A DNA stretch of 64,000 nucleotides from Somniosus microcephalus (taxonomy: Eukaryota): NCBI GenBank assembly GCA_052327205.1, contig CM126222.1, positions 38,502,001-38,566,000 on the forward strand, in the 5' to 3' direction. Below the pieces are notes generated by a model. The model saw only the letters and a program-made list of their open reading frames with translations. It was not told the origin of the DNA and made no database searches. Below are positions 56,420 through 64,000 of the stretch, piece after piece; positions within the stretch are counted from its first letter, which is position 1, and each line of letters begins with the position of its first letter. The translations under genes and the position numbers were made by a program.

Positions 56420-56860
56420 CTGCAATTACTGCCTATTGTTAGTTGCGCTGTAAAAGTTGTGGTGGGCCTTCTCCTTGAACCTCTGTCGTCCTTGTGCTGA
56501 TCGTGTTCCCATGATGGTTTTAGGTGGGGAATTCTAGGTTTTTGACCCGGAAATAATGAATAAATGGCAGTATGGCCCTAAATTTCCATGGAGACCTCTT
56601 GCTGTCATTTTGGTGGAAGATCACTGGAAATCCTGAAGAAACTGAGTAAAATGCCACTTTTAACCACTTGTGCCATTTCTCTGGGCGGTTCCAGTGATCT
56701 GCTGCCAGAGGACCCCTGTGGAGATTCCAGGCGTATATGTCCAGGTCAAGATGGTGTGTGACTTGGAAGGGAACTTGGAGTTGATGGCATTAACGTTATC
56801 TGCCTGTTTTTGCCCCTCTTGGTGGTAGAGGCCATGGGGCTGGGAGGTGCTATTGAATTG
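56420..56860 (-). mobile_element. Old, diverged 3' fragment of the same LINE family, interrupted by a MITE
   Basis: Aligns by eye to the reverse complement of ~6365-6640 (e.g. ccttgaacc, tttgaccc, gtcaagatggtgtgtgacttgga, ggtggtagagg, tgggaggtgct). Confidence 0.7.
56574..56733. mobile_element. Short MITE-like insertion (possibly Harbinger type)
   Basis: Imperfect terminal inverted repeats gccctaaatttccatggagacctct / agaggacccctgtggagattccaggc; LINE homology resumes on both sides. Confidence 0.5.
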
Positions 56861-57707
56861 TAGAAAGTAGCATATTTAAAATGTGCCCATGGCTTGGGTT
56901 TAGTGGGTTTTAAATATTGTTCACAGCTCAGTTGACTAACACTAATCATGTTGACTGTGCATGTCAGTGTTCTAACTGAGGTGACTGTGCAGGTTAGTGC
57001 TCCAACTGAGACTGAGGCTCATGTACCATACCCATGTAGGACAATCCATAACTCAACTTCACAATCGCTTGTGTATACTCTCACAGTAAGATCTAAAACT
57101 TTCAACAGTGATGCATATAATATGAAGAAACATGGGCTCTTGCTCTGTGCAGTATAACATTTCCATAAATTGAAGCTTATTAAAATGTTTTTTGTTTATT
57201 TTACAATTGTCCAAGTAAAGAATTACTAGCAATTATTCTATTGGAATCAAACAATCCCAATGGTTGGGCAGTGTGTGTAAAATCCCAGTAGAGACCATTG
57301 TTAGAGAATAGATTTTAACAGTAGTAGCTGGTGTATGGCAGGAACCTATTTAAAAATTCACAACGGCAGAGGGTTCATTATCAGAACATTCAAGCTTCTT
57401 TTTTGGGTGGGAAAGGGTCCTACAGCAACCTGAACATTCAAAACAGTTTCAGGAACCATAATTATTTAAATCCCTTGAGCTTTTATTTTTGTCGAACTGC
57501 TGCAATGGCTATTGATTGCAATAACCATTATATTCACAAGGCAGAATGCCAGATGGTGTTCAGGCTTTAACAAGTGCTCGCATCTTTCAGTAACATGAGG
57601 CAGTTTCCGAATCAAGGGCATTCTGACAATCCAGTAAACTCCAAGAGTATCTCAAGTAGTTACCTTTTTTACCATATTAACCAAATGGCATTACATAAAC
57701 TCTGGAT

Positions 57708-57763
57708 TGGGCACCTTGGGACGTTTTACTGTGCTAACCGTGCTATATAAATGCAAGTTGTTA
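57708..57763 (+). mobile_element. L2/SINE-type 3' tail remnant
   Basis: gcaccttgggacgttttac...gtgctatataaatgcaagttgtt, the same tail as at ~24670. Confidence 0.55.
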
Positions 57764-58099
57764 TATAAGTCCCATCTCCCCCACCCCTCCCCTCCCACAG
57801 ACAATTTAACCAAGAATCACTTACTTGTGCTTAATGAGTGGTTGCTCTCCTGGTGTTAATTTTGGTCCCATTGAGACACCAGCAAATTAATTTTTTGAGG
57901 TCAATAAGTGTCCATTATCAGTCACATGACTGGCAGAAGGCTGTTACAGGCTGTCTTTTCAGGGGTATTCACAGCACTATATATATTCTACATGATTACA
58001 TTGGCCATATTTTTTTGATGGTTTTATGACTATCTGCTTTACTTCTGATCTTATTCCTCAGACAATTTTCTTCATCAAAGTATGTTTCTTTTTACTTAG

Positions 58100-58718
58100 G
58101 GACCTGATGCCTAAAACACTGGATGGACAAATCACCATGGAGAAAACTCCCAGTTACTTTGTTACCAAGGAGGCAGCTGGCCGAATCTATGCAATGTCCA
58201 AGGATGCCAAGCTAATAGTGGTGGTTCGGGACCCTGTCACGCGGGCTATTTCTGACTACACGCAAACTCTCTCGAAAAAACCCGATATCCCCAGTTTTGA
58301 GAGCTTGACCTTCAAAAACAGGACTACAGGCCTGATTGACACCTCGTGGAGCGCGATTCAGATTGGCATATATGCCAAGCACCTGGAGAATTGGCTACAG
58401 TACTTCCCAATGCGCCAGATTCTGTTTGTGAGTGGAGAGAGGCTGATCAGTGACCCAGCGGGAGAACTCGGCAAGGTGCAAGACTTTCTGGGTCTGAAGA
58501 GAATCATCACAGACAAACATTTCTACTTTAACCAGACCAAGGGCTTCCCTTGCTTGAAAAAGCCTGAGGGCAGCAGCAAGCCCCATTGCCTGGGCAAAAC
58601 AAAAGGCAGAACCCATCCCAACATTGACCCAGAGGTGGTGCAGAGGCTGAGAGACTTCTACCGGCCTTTCAACATGAAATTTTACCAAATGACAGGACAG
58701 AACTTTGGCTGGGACTAA
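58100..58718 (+). CDS. HS3ST3B1: HS3ST3B1 coding exon 2 (catalytic sulfotransferase domain)
   Basis: Acceptor tttctttttacttag ends at 58099; AA|G gives Lys, then [20 protein letters not shown]. Contains the 3'-PB motif [11 protein letters not shown] and FPCLKK...[10 protein letters not shown]; stop TAA at 58716-58718. Joined CDS is 572+619=1191 nt, 396 aa. Confidence 0.96.
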
Positions 58719-61510
58719 GATCAATTTAACCTCATGTAATTACGATAAAGACATGTGAATTTATTGCTCTATATATATATGTAACTTGTACAGAAATCTA
58801 TTTTATAATAATTTATTTTTAATTCTTAAGCAATTAATTCACTAAGCTGCCTAACCACATTGTACACTGTATATAGATCAGCCCATATCTTCTAACATTC
58901 CACAGTTTTTAATTGCATTGCTCATTGATGGTACAGTCATTCATCTATTAAGATTTAATATCCAAAAGCACAACATTTTGTTACGGGTATTCAGTGTTCA
59001 TACGGTCTAACAGTTGGGCATTTGATTCCTTGCCTGTCTACATTGGCTTCATGCAGAAAGCTCTTGCGGTAAAAGTCCATCAAGAAAGCAAAACATGGTC
59101 ACATGGTATGAGTCAGTGTAGAAGCTGCGCATGGCTGTTGAACAGAAGAAAATCTTGTTTGACTATCGACAACAAGAAGGGAAAAAAAAATCAATCCACT
59201 GCCATACCTTGTTTAAATCACTAGTTGTAACAACTGTGTCCAAGGCCTGTAATGAACAGATAATTACCAGTATCTTGCTACTTGAGTCCTTTGGCTTGTC
59301 TTCTCTTTTTAAGGTCACGGCATGGATTACTGTAGATTAGTCTGTCATTCTGTGGTGTTTGAGTAAACGGAGACCCCCAAACTGATTCCAATTATGCCAG
59401 AACCGCCCTCCCTCCACCACCAACTCGGAGCTAAATTTTGAAAGGCGTCCATTTATTTCCACTATCGTAATTAGATATTTGTATCATTAATTATAATCAG
59501 TTGGGTTGTGACCTGTAGACTGAAAATTCTCCTCATCCCTTTAATCCTAAATCATGGCCCGGTTGCAGGAAGGTAGTTGTGATCATTTGATAATGGCCAG
59601 CGGTGAGACTGCCATAAATGCCTGTATGGTTATTGTAAAAATGGAGTTGTTCAGCTCTTTTACTGGCCAGCTCTGGTCTTGCAGGCACTCTCAGTGTAAC
59701 TCCAGGGCGTGGTGGTTACCAGGGTGTGGTGGTTATGTAGCTCACTCGATCTTTCTGCTCCTTTCGGCTAAAATGTGACATGGTTGTGAAATAAGAGGAA
59801 GTGATCCTGTCCATTCAAAATGAAACATGTCCCATTGCTGCCTGAATCAGTTATTCAAATCCAAATATTGGTCTGTGCCAGTGAAAGGGTTGGAAATCTT
59901 GTGAAAGTGACTGCAAAACAATACTTTGGCAACTGGTAATAGAGATCTTTTCAGGCTCGAACTTTGGCTCAAATTGTTTTTGTACTTTTCGTAAGTAGGA
60001 AAATTTAAACTGGGAGGAAAACCTGTAGAGAAACGTTACTTATTGTGTGTTCCTTTGGGTCTTGGCTATTCCCAAACCTTCACTGGATCCTAGTGCCTTG
60101 TTTGGGCCCCGAGCAAGAAATCAAAACCACAAGGACCACGATGATGAGATCTGCAACAATGTTACTCAAACCCATTTCTCTGTTGTGCTACAGACATTTT
60201 GCTGCCTTTTACTTTTTTTTTAAAAAGTGAGCTTCAAGCCATATGTCTGTTATTTAGCCTACAGCCACACCGATCTATTAAGATTAGTTAGAATTTTTGT
60301 TATTGAACAAAGCACAATTTTTCACATCTATTTTTTATTTGGATTTTTTTGTTAAGATTCACACTTTGTATGCTATCCTGTTTTAACCCATAGATTCGGG
60401 TCTTCTTTGTCTTTTAAAAGTAAAGCCACTCTTTTTTGCTTTTAAAAGCAAAAGATCTTGTCCAAAATGCCACCTTTCAGTGACAACGATTGTTCCTGTA
60501 CAAAATGGAAGCTATCTGTAACATGCTATGATGTCGAATGCACTGAGGCAGCAGCAGCAAAGTGCTCTATATAGCAGTTTTGCCATTGAAATGAACTACA
60601 CATTTGTTTAGTTCTGCCCGATGCATAATATCGCAGCATATCCAATCCATTGTCTTCCGAAGGGTAAATTTTATACCTTGAAATGGTGGTTAGCTATCAG
60701 TTTGTAATAATAAATATGTGGCTGAGTTTTATTCAGCCTGCATTCAAAAGTACGGATATTAGCAAATTTCTTCTGATAATATTGTACTTTAGAATAGTTA
60801 ATGTGTAAAAAAAATTGTAAATCAAGTATTTTGTGGTATGTACAACAGAAAATTAATTTTACACAGAGAAAAATGTTTCTTTCTAGGAAATGGAATAAAA
60901 GCATACTGTTTCTTGTTATGAAGAAATAAATAAAATATATTTTACCAAACTGATGGTCTTTTTTCTGAATATGAAACATTTGTTCATGGCCTTAATAATT
61001 CTCTCAAAAGGGATGTATAATTATTTGTCAATTGGTTTTATTGTTCCTACATTTTGTTGCATGCTGCCTCCATTTCAAAGGAGAAAAGCATTGAATAAAT
61101 CCAGCTCGAAAGACGTATAATCTATTTCAAAATTACACCGATACATGTTCAGCATTCCACTTGACAATATCATAAGTTCAATTGAATAAATACTGTGGCC
61201 CAGCTCTATTAGAACTGAATTGATCTATACCTTTAACAATTAGTAGTTGTTTCCCTCCCAAAAAAATTCAAAAGTTTTTAAATGGACAATTTGTGAATAA
61301 AACGCAGTAACAGAAGTACTCCTTTTATTTTTTTTATTAAGTGGTAGTGTTGTTTAGTGAAGATTACTGATGGAAATGTTTGCCAAGTTGATGGTGAAGT
61401 GAGATTGCCAGTTCAAAAAAACAACTAGCCATAACGCCATACTTAACATTACTGCTTAACAGACTGGAAAAGGGAGGTTATATGAATTGAACCATTAATG
61501 CTGCACTCCT

Positions 61511-61631
61511 AGGGGGGAAATCTTAACCCAATCTGCCTTGCGGGAAACTGACCGCATTAGATCAGTCGCCCACTTTAGTCAACAGACCCGCCAGTTTCTC
61601 ACCAGATGGGTTAGGTTAAAATTACCCCCCT
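61511..61631. mobile_element. Short MITE (Harbinger-like)
   Basis: TIRs aggggggaaatcttaacc / ggttaaaattacccccct (16/18 match). Confidence 0.6.
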
Positions 61632-62634
61632 TAGTGCCTGTGTAGCATCCTCTTGGGTGTATCAGTCTGCGGCTATCCATGTTCGCCATTTACAGCACTT
61701 AAAATATCATACTATGGCGAAGGGTTCAAATACCAAGGGTGTGCGTTTAAAAAAAAAAAAGAATAGGAAGTTAGGGCAAAATCTGGTGGAACAAGTTCAT
61801 CCAAAAGCTAAGAGTTGTGCATTGCTTTGGAGAAGGACAATATAAATGGGTTAAGGATGTGGTTGAATGGGTTTCGAGAGAGAAGGGATTAAAGGATGTG
61901 TTGAGAAGGGAGATGATGGGGTTGATCTAGTAAAAAAGGAATTGGCTTTTTGGCATGTTCCTAAATGTGTTGTTACACTGAGTACCTGGTAGGCTACAAG
62001 GAGATTAAGGTTCTGTCACTGCATTCACCTGAATACAAACCAGTTTTAACGATGTGAAATGCTTCTGCTCCGATAAAGGTAGAATTATTGTTTATTCGGA
62101 GTTGAGAAATGGCTAACCTGAGAATAGATGGTTTTTGAACAAGCTCGTTACTGTTTATTTTTGCATGATGCACCATAACAGAAACAATTTTATTTAAAAC
62201 TTGGAAAGTCTCACTAAGAACTTTTAAAATCGTGAAAAATTAGGTTTAACATATTTTCATGTTGTATTCCCCTTTCTGCTATGTTTGTGGCTTGGAGGAA
62301 TTACTGAGATGAACTGTTTGCATCTCTATGAATGTGTGTGCATGTATTAATTCAGATCCCTTGCATTGCCTGCATCAATTTCAATTTTAATTTCAATTTT
62401 ATTGGTCACATAACTAAATACAAGAAGTGTAATCTAGTCAGTGAAATGCTTTTTTTCTTGACGAGCCGAGAGCACCAAGCAGCAAGAACACTTAGCTGCC
62501 TGGTACGCACGGAGCTCGCAAGGACTCATCAGTAACCCCCTCCAAGCCTAATGTTCTTATCCATACCGGAGATTGATTGAAACATTATAGTATGTAAAGT
62601 TAGCCCTAATTAATTTTTTTAAGGATTTAATATA

Positions 62635-62966
62635 CAGAAAACTTTCGTTTATCCGGAGGTTAAATGTCCGGAAAGCTCTATCTACCGGCAAAATTCAGGA
62701 GTCGGTTCAGATAATTTTTTTTCTTTTCGTTGCTTCTTTTCTCCAGTCCTGGCTCTGCAAGCGCCTCTGTAGCTAAGCAACAGCTTCAGCTAGACGCTTG
62801 CAAGCTACGCTGACTGTTTTGAAGCTGTTGCTAAGCAACCGTGTTTGTTGCTTCACACAGAGCTCTGAGCTCCGTATGTTTTAACATTAGCGCTGGTTTC
62901 TACGGCAGTTTTGATCTAACAGCACCAGCTCGGTCCCGTCGGTGCCGGATCCCAGAAAGTTTCCTG
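62635..62966. mobile_element. Tc1/mariner (pogo/Tigger-like) non-autonomous element
   Basis: TA target duplications at 62633-62634 and 62967-62968; TIRs CAGAAAACTTTC...ATCCGG / CCGGAT...GAAAGTTTCCTG. Confidence 0.7.
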
Positions 62967-64000
62967 TAGCAAGACTCCCTCTAAAGATTTCTTGCTTTAT
63001 GTGTTTACTTTGTAATGTTCAGGGTTTATTATCGCGCACAGAGACAAATATGTCCTTTTTCTAGCACACAATGTTCTTTGATATATGCTCTCAATTGCCA
63101 GCTGCCATAAGTATTGCAAGGCTCTTCCTGTTCTAGGTAATCAGGAGCTTGTTCACTGTCATTTGTATGAACATCTACATATTTATATTTGTTATGCATA
63201 TTTATATTTCTTAATGTGGAAAATTACAGATTAGGAGTGTACACTCAGCCCTTTAACTATTACAACATCTTTTCAGTTGTCGAAGTGTAAAGTCTGTTGT
63301 GTATGTTAAAAACAATGTTAATTCCTAATGTTGAAATAAAATTGGAGAACTGTATTGAACCAAAGACATTTTCTTAATTCCTGGTATTTTTGAATAAAGT
63401 AAATACAGTAATTAAAATCCAGCTTTATTTTCTTATTGGGGCAGAAATACTACCTTGAAGGGTTAAGAGTAGAACAAAAACAAAAGTATCTCAAAACCTG
63501 CTGACTTACAGTAAAAGGACAATTTAGGAGTGGTTTTGGAGGTAAGCATGTTTATACTGGCTAGAGTCTGGTAGTCAGGTAAATAATTAACAGATTAGTA
63601 TTTACAGTAAGGGTGTGACTGCAAAACTATTCACTTACCGCAGTTTGTTAACTGTTGTTGTACATCGTTTCTTCAGGATTTCAACATTTTTGAGGGGGAG
63701 GGGCAAATTGGATGGCACAGTCGGTTGACATATTCAGCCTCGAGTGATGGGATGGAATATATCTCTCTGGCTCTATTTACGCAATGTAGCATGAGTTTAA
63801 TTCCCAGTTGTCATAAATTCACAGCAATTAAATATCCAGAATTGAACTATTATCAGATAATGTCACTGAGGCTACAGGAATATCATATAGGTGCAATATG
63901 AAGTGGTTTGGGGCAGGTTAGAGACACTTTAACTCATGTTTTGCCAGGCCTGGCAGTGCTTGGTGTAAATACTGTGCGCTCAAACAACAACAACTTGTAT

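Larger units (their letters stand above)
58719..63360 (+). other. HS3ST3B1: Probable long HS3ST3B1 3' UTR with alternative poly(A) signals
   Basis: AU-rich block directly after the stop; AATAAA at 60925-60930 (tandem) and at 63335-63340. The extent is inferred. Confidence 0.45.

Noticed and set aside
58026-58099. N-terminal extension of the 230-aa ORF (likewise 16429-16522 and 12402-12448 for COX10)
   Set aside because: Intronic read-through beyond clear splice sites.
62438-62532. Possible C/D-box snoRNA or hammerhead on the minus strand (CTGATGA ... CTGA)
   Set aside because: No terminal stem, no host intron on that strand, and no GGAC-GAAA partner.

Overview
Vertebrate genomic DNA, most likely a cartilaginous fish (shark), inferred from the repeat families. 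The window holds the last two coding exons of COX10 (protoheme IX farnesyltransferase; 12169-12401 and 16523-16947, + strand). It also holds a complete two-exon HS3ST3B1 gene (heparan sulfate glucosamine 3-O-sulfotransferase 3B1; 34347-34918 joined to 58100-58718, 396 aa, ~23 kb intron, + strand), in the same order and orientation as human 17p12. The rest is intronic or intergenic DNA containing decayed retroelements: two 5'-truncated CR1-superfamily RT LINEs, a Vingi-like LINE split by one of them, L2 and CR1 3' ends, and Deu-domain tRNA-SINEs. There are also MITEs, a CA-rich minisatellite with a 170-N gap, and several enhancer-like blocks. The most notable non-gene signals are: a minimal hammerhead-ribozyme motif enclosed by a 32-bp inverted repeat ~1.5 kb upstream of the HS3ST3B1 ATG; a chain of uORFs in the HS3ST3B1 leader; an extended CTCF site between the two genes; a ~15 kb CpG-retaining domain; and three nested transposon insertions. 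I see no evidence for a wholly new protein-coding system. Most ORFs in the track are spurious.
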